64,000 bases of DNA from a virus, in the IMG/VR virus record IMGVR_UViG_3300045988_135886; one strand, given 5' to 3'. The notes under the pieces are model-generated. The model was given only the letters and a program-made list of their open reading frames with translations. It was not told the DNA's origin and made no database searches. The position numbers and the translations under genes are program-made. The first letter of the stretch is position 1; each line of letters opens with the position of its first letter. This document shows positions 1 to 8,566 of this stretch, piece after piece.

Positions 1-2
1 AG

Positions 3-641
3 TCTGAATTGTGGGATCTTGGTTATAACTATAGTAAGTTGGATGATTTTGATTTATTCATACTTCTTACTCGTGATATAGGTGTTGAAGATACCTGTCT
101 TCTTTTAGGTGATACTATTTCATTGAAAGATATGACACCTTTAGTCGATCCGGAAACTCATAATATAATGCTTTATGATGAAAATACTGAATTAATAATT
201 ACTCGTGATATATACATAGAAATGATATCTTTCATTCGTGAGATGCACAATATTCATCCTAAGCGTGAACGAGCTGCAAACAAAGAAACCTTACAGCTAT
301 TAGTAGATGAAGATAGAAGGAAAAAAATTCAAAGAGTAAAAGAAGCTTCTCAAGAACCCTCTCCGGGTTCTTTTTTATTGCCTTTAATTTCATCTATGGT
401 AAATAGTCCTGGTTTTAAATATGACATTAACAGTCTTAAAAGTCTTGGAATCTATGCATTTTTAGATTCTGTTCAAAGGATTCAGGCCATTAATACTGCT
501 GCCTCCATCTCTGCAGGAATGTACAGCGGAATGGTTGATATGTCTAAGAATCCAAATCTACTTAAACAATTAAATTGGTTACGTGACTTATCTAATGAGT
601 ACTCCTCTTCGAGCAATGTACGAGTCACTAAAACCGAATAA
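3..641 (+). CDS. hypothetical virion-module protein, 5'-partial (frame is open to the window edge)
   Basis: Long ORF with no stop back to position 3. The listed TTG at 9 is probably internal. No motif recognised. Confidence 0.6.
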   Translation, partial: SELWDLGYNYSKLDDFDLFILLTRDIGVEDTCLLLGDTISLKDMTPLVDPETHNIMLYDENTELIITRDIYIEMISFIREMHNIHPKRERAANKETLQLLVDEDRRKKIQRVKEASQEPSPGSFLLPLISSMVNSPGFKYDINSLKSLGIYAFLDSVQRIQAINTAASISAGMYSGMVDMSKNPNLLKQLNWLRDLSNEYSSSSNVRVTKTE

Positions 642-662
642 TAAATCAAGGAGGAAAATATT

Positions 663-1463
663 ATGGCAAATTTTGATTCTCTGGTTATTGATAGAGTCTT
701 AGAAATTGTTGGTGAAAATAGCGATGGAGATTTACTCTATCTGTTAAACAATTTATCTAATGTTTCTATTAATACAACTTCTGAAAGTAAAGATAAAACA
801 GATGCTCTTGGTGTACTGATTAAGAGATTCTATACATCCAAATCTGTAGAAGTATCTGCTGATTGTAACTTACTTTCATTCTCTATGCTGTCTCAGACAT
901 TTGGCACAGATAAGATTATTGCTTCAAAAGAATCTAAGATTCTTGCACCAAAAATCTTACATATTGATACAACTGGCATTAAGGAATATACAATTCCTGA
1001 AAAGCTGAAACCGAAAGCTCCACTTACAAAGCTTTATGCTCTGGAAGCAAACGGCACATTAGGAAAAGCTTATACTGCTTCTACTACTGCTGCTCCTACT
1101 GCTGATACTTTTGTATACACTGAAGATAGCGGAAAAATTACTCTTCCTACTGGAGTAACAGGTACTCTTATTGCTAAATATGAATATGAGACAGAAAGTG
1201 GTGTTAAGGTTACTAATGAGTCTGATAAGTTCCCGGCCACATCTTCTATTACAATGAAAGTTCTTGTTGCAGACACATGTTCTGTAGATGTAGTTCGTGC
1301 AGCTTATATCGTATTCCCAAGTTTCCAGGTATCACCAGATTGCGATCTGACACTTGAAACAGATAGTACAATTACATTCTCTGGTGTAGCTCAGAGAGAT
1401 TATTGTCAGACAGGTTCTCCACTGTATTACATTGTAATGACAGAGGATGATGTAGAGGAATAA
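663..1463 (+). CDS. putative major tail (tube) protein
   Basis: AAGGAGG RBS. 266-aa acidic, T/S-rich protein upstream of the chaperone and TMP genes, followed by a strong terminator as expected for a highly expressed structural gene. Function is inferred from position and composition only. Confidence 0.5.
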   Translation: MANFDSLVIDRVLEIVGENSDGDLLYLLNNLSNVSINTTSESKDKTDALGVLIKRFYTSKSVEVSADCNLLSFSMLSQTFGTDKIIASKESKILAPKILHIDTTGIKEYTIPEKLKPKAPLTKLYALEANGTLGKAYTASTTAAPTADTFVYTEDSGKITLPTGVTGTLIAKYEYETESGVKVTNESDKFPATSSITMKVLVADTCSVDVVRAAYIVFPSFQVSPDCDLTLETDSTITFSGVAQRDYCQTGSPLYYIVMTEDDVEE

Positions 1464-1476
1464 TCCTTGAATTGTT

Positions 1477-1504
1477 ATGCCCCGGATTCGTCCGGGGCAT
1501 TTCT
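1477..1504 (+). terminator. rho-independent terminator
   Basis: atgccccgga-ttcg-tccggggcat: a perfect 10-bp GC-rich stem with a tetraloop, followed by T-rich sequence. Confidence 0.8.
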
Positions 1505-1528
1505 AATAAGGCAAAGGAGGAATACTCA

Positions 1529-1834
1529 ATGAAATCAAAACCAAGAATTTGTGTAACTTGTGGCACTACTTATGAGTATTGTCCTAAGTGCACTAAAGAT
1601 GCAGATAAACCTGTTTGGATGGTAGCTTTTCATACAGAAGAATGTAGAAAAGTATATAACATTATTGCTAAATACAATACTGGTGATGTGACCAAAGAGG
1701 ATGCAAAAAAAGAATTGGCTGATGCTGTTACTCATAAAACAAGATTTACTAAACCTATTCAGGATAAAGTAAATGAAATTATGAAAGAAGAACAGCCTAA
1801 AGCAAAAACTAAAAAAATAGTGACGGAAAATTAA
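1529..1834 (+). CDS. small zinc-ribbon protein
   Basis: AAGGAGG RBS 7 nt before the ATG at 1529. Contains a CxxC...CxxC motif (CVTCGTTYEYCPKC). Confidence 0.7.
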   Translation: MKSKPRICVTCGTTYEYCPKCTKDADKPVWMVAFHTEECRKVYNIIAKYNTGDVTKEDAKKELADAVTHKTRFTKPIQDKVNEIMKEEQPKAKTKKIVTEN

Positions 1835-1846
1835 ATATTTTATTGA

Positions 1847-1888
1847 GGGGAAAGCCGCACTATTTTTGCAGTTTCCCCTTATTTTTTT
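1847..1888 (+). terminator. putative terminator
   Basis: ggggaaa / tttcccc stem with an 18-nt loop, followed by ttattttttt. Confidence 0.5.
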
Positions 1889-1900
1889 CGGAGGAATTAA

Positions 1901-2110
1901 ATGGAGATTGTAATACCTAACTTAAAAGGAGTTCCTTATGATCCTGTTCAAGCAGTAAAAATTATTGATCCAAATCAACAGAAACTCTACCTCAAACATG
2001 GATTAAAACCTTTAGATGTTTATTATAGTCCAGATGTGATTGTAATGTTGTTTGATAAAAAAGAAAGTTATCCGTATTACAAAGAATATCAAAATTATAC
2101 TTTGGAGTGA
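1901..2110 (+). CDS. hypothetical protein
   Basis: GGAGG RBS. 69-aa ORF. Confidence 0.6.
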   Translation: MEIVIPNLKGVPYDPVQAVKIIDPNQQKLYLKHGLKPLDVYYSPDVIVMLFDKKESYPYYKEYQNYTLE

Positions 2111-2114
2111 TAAC

Positions 2115-2597
2115 GTGAGGAACTATAAAAAAAGATCTAAATATGGTGTCGATCAAACTACTAAAGGTAAACAGAATCGTACTGTTATAGATAGAAAAAC
2201 AGAAAAAGAAGTATGTTTCGATTCTCTATTAGAGAAAAGATTTTATGAAGACATCGTATGCGCTGGATTGGACTCTGGTGAAATTGTAGATTATGAATTA
2301 CAAAAAAAATATAAATTGCAACCGTCTTTCAAACATAATGGAAAGACTATACGTGCAATAGATTATGTTGCTGACTTTTGGGTCAAATACTCAGATGGAA
2401 GCGAACGTGTCTACGACACTAAAGGTGGAATGGTTGATCCTTCTGCCAAGATTAAACGGAAACTGATGTATTATATCTATCCTGATTTGGACTATGTATG
2501 GATCACTCATACTAAGTCTACTGGTTGGATCGATTGGGATGAAAATGAAACTTTAAAAAGAGCAAGGAAGAAAGAGGGAAAAAAGGATGGAAATTAA
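2115..2597 (+). CDS. DUF1064-like (PD-(D/E)xK-type nuclease fold) protein
   Basis: GTG start at 2115 after a GGAG RBS; the track's ATG at 2052 overlaps the previous gene. The pattern FDSxxEkrfYedl...GEIvdyELQkkykLqP...gKtIRaIdYvADF...DtKG...KiKrKLmyyiYP matches the DUF1064 family as I remember it. Confidence 0.6.
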   Translation: MRNYKKRSKYGVDQTTKGKQNRTVIDRKTEKEVCFDSLLEKRFYEDIVCAGLDSGEIVDYELQKKYKLQPSFKHNGKTIRAIDYVADFWVKYSDGSERVYDTKGGMVDPSAKIKRKLMYYIYPDLDYVWITHTKSTGWIDWDENETLKRARKKEGKKDGN

Positions 2598-3102
2598 TAT
2601 TTTAGAATTTGTAAAAGAATATAAAGAGAACCCAGTAGGGGCTTTAGAAAAACTTGAAGTTGAAAATTATGTGCCGTTTGCTACTAAACGAGCACTTATA
2701 GATACAGTTATTGAAAGTATTATTGAATATGATACTTCTCTTCTTACATACGAACCAATGAATAAGCATTTAAACTTTTCTCTGACATGTGTGGTTATCT
2801 ATACTAATCTCACCTACGAAGACGAAGAAGGCCTTGATGCTTATGATGCCTTAGTATCTTCTGGTCTTTTAGATAAAATTATTGAAATGATTGGTGTTGA
2901 TTATGGAGATATGGTTGCTATGTTTGAAGAAACACTTTCTGCTCGTATTTCATTTACTAACTCTATGTCTAATAGATTAAGTGCATTATTTGGGATATTA
3001 GAAAATGTTTTTAAAGAAGCTACTCCGGAACAGTTAGATTATTTACGAAAGTTGGCTGATGTAAAAGATGGGGACAATTCCACAGTTAAGAAAGCTGATT
3101 GA
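2587..3102 (+). CDS. putative tail assembly chaperone
   Basis: 171-aa acidic protein in the position upstream of the TMP. Its 3' end overlaps the next ORF. Confidence 0.45.
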   Translation: MEINILEFVKEYKENPVGALEKLEVENYVPFATKRALIDTVIESIIEYDTSLLTYEPMNKHLNFSLTCVVIYTNLTYEDEEGLDAYDALVSSGLLDKIIEMIGVDYGDMVAMFEETLSARISFTNSMSNRLSALFGILENVFKEATPEQLDYLRKLADVKDGDNSTVKKAD

Positions 3103-3523
3103 CCAGGGAATAACTATTGGTTTACAGCAGTTTGTTAATGACTACAAGCCTAAGATGGAAAGAGATGCACAACAGTCAGAAGAAAAATATTATAATGACT
3201 ATTCCTCTTGGGCGGATGGTTATAGACTTTATGATTTAAAAAATATTCATACAATTACAGGCTTTGCTTATAGTCGAAGTGCAGAGCTTAGAGCACGATT
3301 TGATTCAAGCCATATGTCTGGAGGACATGGCATATGGGAACCATTGGAAGGTGATCCAGAAATAGTTTTTTCTTGGGGATTTGAAACAGGTAATCATGGA
3401 TTTCGTAAAACAATAACTCCTATCAGAAATTATTGGGAACAATATTTTCGTGCTAGAAAAATGCATGCCAAAGGGCAAGCAACAAAATTCGTTATCAGCG
3501 GATTACATTCTGTTGGTTTATAA
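3068..3523 (+). CDS. hypothetical protein (possible chaperone extension ORF)
   Basis: Overlaps the previous ORF by 35 nt in the +1 frame. Weak RBS. Directly precedes the TMP. Confidence 0.5.
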   Translation: MGTIPQLRKLIDQGITIGLQQFVNDYKPKMERDAQQSEEKYYNDYSSWADGYRLYDLKNIHTITGFAYSRSAELRARFDSSHMSGGHGIWEPLEGDPEIVFSWGFETGNHGFRKTITPIRNYWEQYFRARKMHAKGQATKFVISGLHSVGL

Positions 3524-3537
3524 AGTGAGGTGAGAAA

Positions 3538-6096
3538 ATGGCTGATTATATAATAAACGTTGGTGTACAAGTCGAGGACAGTGCGCTAAATGCATTAGAA
3601 ACACGAATTAATTCTTTAAAAGAGAAGCACATTAAACTAGGTGTGGAATTAAGTAATACTAAACAGCTAACTAAAAATGCACAGACAGCGGTAAAGACAA
3701 TAAGTAAAGCAACTGCCAAAGCCGCTAAAAATACTCCTGTTATTAAGGGATCTAATCTTGTAGAACAGATGGTAAATCCTGAAGAAGCTTTAAAATCTAT
3801 GGCTAATACAGTCAGTAAGCTGTCAAGGTATCAGGACAAGCTTGATCTAGGAGAAGTAAAACTTTCCGTAAATCAAGGTATTATGGGGGAGCTTGATGGA
3901 CTTTTAGCCAAACTTAATGAAATAAAATCTACAGCTAAAAACATGGGCTCTATTAAGCTTACTGTTGGAGACAATATAAAAACTAAAGACGGTAAAATAG
4001 TTGTTGGAGAAACTACTAGTTCTTCTAATACTGCAAGATCTACAGGCATTACTCTTAGACAAGCTCAAGCTGAAATTAAGAGAAATATGAAGACAATAGG
4101 AACCCTACAGGAACAGTATATAAGTGGGATTATTGATGAAAGTACTTATAAACAGTCAAAGAGAACTATAGGACATAGAAATTCTCAGCTGGCTAGACAG
4201 ATACAAAATCAAGGTACTGCTTCTGATTGGGTTACTTCTGCATCTGACATTCGAGGAGCACAGGCTAAGAATCAAGAAGCATACAAAGCAATGACTCAGA
4301 GTGCTTCAGAATATGACAAAGTTATCACTAATTTGGGTGAGAAACAGAAGACATTCAATAAAATGGCTCAAGTATATAATCCTAACAATGGTAAACCATT
4401 AGATAAAACTCTAGGACAAGGTTATGATGAAAGATTAAAATCTTTCAATGATACATATGAGCAATTAAAAAAATCTCGTGATAGTCTTGCGACTCTTACT
4501 GGAGACGAAAGAGACACTGAGCAAGTACGTTTTGCTGCTCTTCGCTCTGAAGCCAATCGTCAAGCTAGATATCTCGGTAATACTAATCAGTTTTTCTCAC
4601 GTACTCCAAATAGATATAGCCGTTCAGAATATATTGGTACAGATTTAGATCCAGCATCTGATAAGGTCCGTCTTAAGATGGAACAAATGTCAGCAGATCT
4701 GGCAAAAGGAAGCAAATACACAACAGAGTTTAATGCAGCACAAGGTAAAATGTATGCTACTATTGATAGAGGGTCTGGTGTATTTGAAAAATATCAATTA
4801 GCATATAAAAATGGTCCAGGTAATATTGACCAGTCTCTTACTAAAGTTACACAAAGTGTAAAACCTTTATCTAGTTATCTTTCTGAAATGGGACAAAAGT
4901 TCCGTAGTCTTAGCCAGTATCTTGTAAGCAATTTTGGATTCCAAGCATTAACAACGGGTGTCAGATCCGGTGTCGAATCAATAAAAGAATTAGATTCAGC
5001 GATGACTGAACTTAAGAAAACATCAGATGGTACAAAACAAGAATATAGAGACTTTACTACTCAGGCCAGAACTGATGCCAAAGACATTGGTAGTACAACA
5101 ACTCAGATTACTAGTAGTGCTGCTGATTTTTCTCGTCTTGGATATAGCTTAAATGAATCTCAGACTTTAGCTAAAAATACAGGTATTTTAAAAAATGTAT
5201 CAGAATTCGGATCTATAGATGATGCAACAACCGCTATGATTTCCATGATGAAAGCATACGATGTAAAAGTTGATGATTCTATGGATCTCGTTGATAAAAT
5301 GAATCTTATTGGTAACAACTATGCAATTTCTACAGACGGAATTGCCACTGCTTTACAAGATTCAGGTTCAGCATTAGTAGCAGCGGGAAATGACTTCGAT
5401 AAATCAGTTGCTCTCGTTACGGCAGCAAATAGTGTAGTGCAGGATCCATCGAAGGTAGGTGCTGGTCTTAGAACAATTGCATTACGACTTAGAGGCACTT
5501 CTGCTGAAGAATTATCTTCTATGGGTGAAGATACAGAAGGTCTTGTAGAGACCACTTCTAAACTTAATTCAAATATTAAATCTCTTACTGCCGTTAACGG
5601 TAAGGCTGGAGTTTCTATTCTTGATATGAATGGAAACTATAGAGATACTTATGATATTTTAAAAGATATCTCTCAGGTTTGGGATGATATTGGTAAACAA
5701 GATTTGGCAGATGGTCAGAATAGACAGGCTGCTCTGCTTGAAATGATGGCAGGAAAAAATAGAAGTAATATTCTTGCATCCATATTGCAGCATCCTGAAT
5801 TGCTTACAGATGTTTATAATGATTCCGCAAATAATTATCAAAATTCAGCTCAGAACGAGCTTAATACATACCTTGATTCTATCGAAGCAAAAACAACTAA
5901 AATTAAAGAATCTTGGTCACAGTTATGGCAATCAGAAGGTAGTACTAATACTTTTAAAGGATTGCTTGATATTGGCAACGGCGCTGTAGGACTCTTAAAT
6001 GGTTTGGGACTTAATAAATCCTTAGCCGGAGTCGGCGGTATGCTTGTTAGCCATGCTATGAACTGGGGTGGGACAAATTATCAGTTGGTCCTTTAG
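3538..6096 (+). CDS. tape measure protein, N-terminal piece (TP901-type core region)
   Basis: GAGGTGA RBS. Coiled-coil N-terminus. TP901-family TMP core pattern (NYAISTDGIATALQDSGSALVAAGNDFDKSVALVTAANSVVQDPSKVGAGLRTIALRLRG). Ends abruptly after a Gly/hydrophobic segment. Confidence 0.8.
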   Translation: MADYIINVGVQVEDSALNALETRINSLKEKHIKLGVELSNTKQLTKNAQTAVKTISKATAKAAKNTPVIKGSNLVEQMVNPEEALKSMANTVSKLSRYQDKLDLGEVKLSVNQGIMGELDGLLAKLNEIKSTAKNMGSIKLTVGDNIKTKDGKIVVGETTSSSNTARSTGITLRQAQAEIKRNMKTIGTLQEQYISGIIDESTYKQSKRTIGHRNSQLARQIQNQGTASDWVTSASDIRGAQAKNQEAYKAMTQSASEYDKVITNLGEKQKTFNKMAQVYNPNNGKPLDKTLGQGYDERLKSFNDTYEQLKKSRDSLATLTGDERDTEQVRFAALRSEANRQARYLGNTNQFFSRTPNRYSRSEYIGTDLDPASDKVRLKMEQMSADLAKGSKYTTEFNAAQGKMYATIDRGSGVFEKYQLAYKNGPGNIDQSLTKVTQSVKPLSSYLSEMGQKFRSLSQYLVSNFGFQALTTGVRSGVESIKELDSAMTELKKTSDGTKQEYRDFTTQARTDAKDIGSTTTQITSSAADFSRLGYSLNESQTLAKNTGILKNVSEFGSIDDATTAMISMMKAYDVKVDDSMDLVDKMNLIGNNYAISTDGIATALQDSGSALVAAGNDFDKSVALVTAANSVVQDPSKVGAGLRTIALRLRGTSAEELSSMGEDTEGLVETTSKLNSNIKSLTAVNGKAGVSILDMNGNYRDTYDILKDISQVWDDIGKQDLADGQNRQAALLEMMAGKNRSNILASILQHPELLTDVYNDSANNYQNSAQNELNTYLDSIEAKTTKIKESWSQLWQSEGSTNTFKGLLDIGNGAVGLLNGLGLNKSLAGVGGMLVSHAMNWGGTNYQLVL

Positions 6097-6475
6097 AAAA
6101 CGCCCCATGTAACCTGGTGGTGACACGGAACGATCTCATATGAGAAAGGGGTTACTAAGCAAACAACCGAAACTGTCTTTATTCGAAGGAATAGAGAAAT
6201 GCTTTTAATTTAGCATTCAGGGTGAACCGAAGTATATACTACTCCCCTATTACAGCAATGTAATAGGTATAGTAACAACGTATATATATGGGTGATCTGC
6301 AGCGAAGCTTCTCTCTGAGAAGAACGTTCATCGACTATAATGGGAACTTGGTCTCTGGATCAAGAAGGAATAGTCAGGACTGTTAGGCAGCTTGCGCCGA
6401 ATAAATTAAAGGGTAAATACATCTTACTCTCGTAAGCAATCTTACCTTATGTGCAAAGGTGATGTAAGCACAAAT
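6070..6475 (+). ncRNA. group I intron-like ribozyme core
   Basis: GUUCAUCGACUAUAAUGGG (6326-6344) resembles the R element. CAAGAAGGAAUAGUCAGG (6361-6378) resembles the S element. GACUA/UAGUC can form P7. A 7-bp P8 hairpin lies at 6347-6364. Candidate P3 is CCCAU (6104-6108) with AUGGG (6340-6344). GAUCUGCAGC (6294-6303) is Q-like. A 9-bp hairpin capped by a GCAA tetraloop lies at 6246-6267. Candidate P1 pairs GGGGU (6065-6069) with GUCCU (6088-6092). The boundaries are uncertain. Confidence 0.55.
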
Positions 6476-6476
6476 C

Positions 6477-6505
6477 TTTACTTTATTATTCTTCTATGCT
6501 ATATT
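6477..6505 (+). promoter_or_regulatory. candidate sigma-A-type promoter for the 6526 ORF
   Basis: TTTACT, 17-nt spacer, then TGcTATATT (extended -10). Confidence 0.3.
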
Positions 6506-6525
6506 TCACATAGGAGGGTAAAACT

Positions 6526-6990
6526 ATGATAATAAATAATTCTATCAGAACTTATGCACCAATTGCTCCGCCATATTTTGACGGATGCTTATTTATGAAT
6601 GCAACTTATGAAATGCCAGAGGAACTGGCCAATTTGTTTACTAAAGGATTAGAATCCTTAAGCAAACATTTATATGAAAAAAATATTGATCCTACTAAAT
6701 TATTTCCTGTAAGTTTAATATTTACAAAAGATGGCAGTTTTTCTGTCACCGAAAATGAAGCAACCACTTATGGAAGATGTATGTCTTTTTTAGTATACTC
6801 CATGGAACGAATAATTACATCTAACAATCAACACATGCAGCTATTCGCATTTATTGAAGAATTAGTGCATTACTATTTTCAAGAAACAAATGAAACAAAA
6901 GTCAAACTAACTACTTTTTCTGTTGTCCAGAAAATATTCCCAGAAATAACTTTCGAGGAGGTAACATCATGGGGAGTAAATTGGAGTTAA
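6526..6990 (+). CDS. hypothetical protein (island ORF)
   Basis: Strong AGGAGGG RBS 8 nt upstream. 154 aa. No recognised nuclease or other motif. Confidence 0.7.
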   Translation: MIINNSIRTYAPIAPPYFDGCLFMNATYEMPEELANLFTKGLESLSKHLYEKNIDPTKLFPVSLIFTKDGSFSVTENEATTYGRCMSFLVYSMERIITSNNQHMQLFAFIEELVHYYFQETNETKVKLTTFSVVQKIFPEITFEEVTSWGVNWS

Positions 6991-7098
6991 TGTTTATTAG
7001 CAAAGAGAAAAGTCAAATAATTAATTCTCCTATTATAAAAGGTATTACTTGTGATACTTATAAAACAAACTTACAAAATTCATCAAAAGAGCAAAAGA

Positions 7099-7209
7099 CT
7101 ATTCAGTCTCCTGCTCTTTCTTAATATAATACGTACAATCTTCGTTTTCAAAGTACGGACATTCCTCTTCCCTGCACTCTTTATAAAGAGGACATTCTAA
7201 TATTTCCAT
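7099..7209 (-). CDS. small Cys-rich hypothetical protein (36 aa)
   Basis: Not in the ORF track. GGAGG RBS 10 nt upstream. Sequence: MEILECPLYKECREEECPYFENEDCTYYIKKEQETE. Confidence 0.35.
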   Translation of the reverse strand: MEILECPLYKECREEECPYFENEDCTYYIKKEQETE

Positions 7210-7254
7210 AATCTTTAAACCTCCATAATATAGTTTTGAAAGTAGGTGTATTTA

Positions 7255-7425
7255 ATGGATAAAAACATTTTTGATAGATTAGTTCCTAAATATCTTCAAA
7301 AGCTAAGCTCAGACGAAATTACAGATTTACTTATAGAAATCAGTGATATTGGCAGAACAAAATTTATCAGTAATTACCCAAAAGAAATTGCTGATCAACT
7401 CCCAGGATATGACTTATACGAATAA
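7255..7425 (+). CDS. small hypothetical protein (56 aa)
   Basis: Not in the ORF track. AGGTG RBS. Divergent from the 7209(-) ORF. Sequence starts MDKNIFDRLVPKYLQKLSSDEITDLLIEISDIGRTKF. Confidence 0.4.
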   Translation: MDKNIFDRLVPKYLQKLSSDEITDLLIEISDIGRTKFISNYPKEIADQLPGYDLYE

Positions 7426-7500
7426 TCTTTTTCGGTTGTATTCAATGCAGTCGAGATTGTTAACTTTCCTATAGTATTGTGCAGAGTGTTAGTGTACAGA

Positions 7501-7528
7501 AAGGAGAACTGTGGTGGCAGTTCTCCTT
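7501..7528. terminator. bidirectional terminator hairpin
   Basis: aaggagaactg-tggtgg-cagttctcctt: an 11-bp perfect stem between convergent genes, with AT-rich flanks. Confidence 0.65.
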
Positions 7529-7604
7529 CTATTAAATAAAAATTTTAAAAAGAGAAATACATATGACGAAGTAATTAAATGATAAAGTAGAACATTATTA
7601 GCGA

Positions 7605-7790
7605 TTAGTCAACTTTTTTATTCTTGTATTGTCTTTTCATCATTCCGGTGATAAATTTGACTTTCTCATCAGATAATTCTGGATGATTGCAAATTTGATC
7701 AACAGTATGATTTTTCGAGTTGTAATATAGACCAGCTAATATTACAACAAGTAAAAGACTACTAAGAGATATTATTATTCCAGTATTCAT
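7605..7790 (-). CDS. small single-pass membrane protein
   Basis: ATG at 7790 preceded by a GGGGGTGA RBS. TM segment IIISLSSLLLVVILAGLYY. The track's TTG start at 7913 has no RBS. Confidence 0.6.
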   Translation of the reverse strand: MNTGIIISLSSLLLVVILAGLYYNSKNHTVDQICNHPELSDEKVKFITGMMKRQYKNKKVD

Positions 7791-8037
7791 ATTCTTCTTT
7801 TCACCCCCTTCCCTTATAAATTTCTTTATTGGGGAAGTGTATTGCCCAGAACGGGCAGATTCTTCGTCCACATCAACAATACAGAATGTATGCCAACACT
7901 TCTGCATGATCAAAAGAAATGATCAAGTATATTATCGTGCAGCGAGTTATAATGCAGCACCTATAACCATAATATACCTAGTAGTATAATAACAATATTC
8001 GACAACTTTGTATATACAGAACATTAGTTTATTATAA

Positions 8038-8538
8038 TCAAAACTTAGCTCCACACTTACAGCACTGATAAGTCTTACCAAGATCACCTGCTCCAAAAAG
8101 ACCAAACAGACCTATCTTCATTGCTTTTCTTGTTCCAGTGATTTTCTTAAGATTTGTGCTGCCGCAGATTGGACACTTAGGCCCAGTAGAGAATTTCTGA
8201 GCATTCTGTTTGGCATACCACTGGTCTGTGTTTTTGTTTCGTTGCTCTACTCCTTCAGGAGATTCCCAGTATTTTCTTTCTGCAGTGGCTGCTTTGGTAA
8301 CATCAGAGTCTAGCTTGCCATAGAAATATTTCTCTCGGAGCATTTCATCAGATTCTTCTATGCTAGGATAATCACCATTATGTGTTTTTTTATACTCTTC
8401 TGTTACTTCTGCATAAGCTTTAGAAAAGTTTATTGTTGTACCTATAAGATTACCCTTTAAACAACTTGAACATAAATCACCTATAGTATTTGAACAACTC
8501 ACTGCTCCACATTTATTACAAAATAAAAGTTCACTCAT
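8038..8538 (-). CDS. double zinc-ribbon protein
   Basis: ATG at 8538 after an AAGGTGA RBS. N-terminal CNKCG...CSSC and C-terminal CPICG...CCKCG ribbons. Confidence 0.7.
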   Translation of the reverse strand: MSELLFCNKCGAVSCSNTIGDLCSSCLKGNLIGTTINFSKAYAEVTEEYKKTHNGDYPSIEESDEMLREKYFYGKLDSDVTKAATAERKYWESPEGVEQRNKNTDQWYAKQNAQKFSTGPKCPICGSTNLKKITGTRKAMKIGLFGLFGAGDLGKTYQCCKCGAKF

Positions 8539-8566
8539 AATTTTCACCTTTTATATAGTTTTTAAG

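Noticed and set aside
6526-6990. The 154-aa ORF as the intron's homing endonuclease.
   Set aside because: No LAGLIDADG, GIY-YIG, HNH, His-Cys box or clear PD-(D/E)xK motif was recognised. It is left as hypothetical; a profile search could revise this.
7791-7913. The N-terminal extension of the membrane-protein ORF (track start at 7913).
   Set aside because: That start is a TTG with no RBS. The internal ATG at 7790 has a strong GGGGGTGA RBS and yields a coherent single-TM peptide.
6097-8566. A group II intron, retron or IS element as the insertion splitting the TMP.
   Set aside because: No RT, maturase or transposase ORF is present. I found no GUGYG start, no domain V-like hairpin and no terminal inverted repeats. 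The structured RNA instead matches group I core elements.
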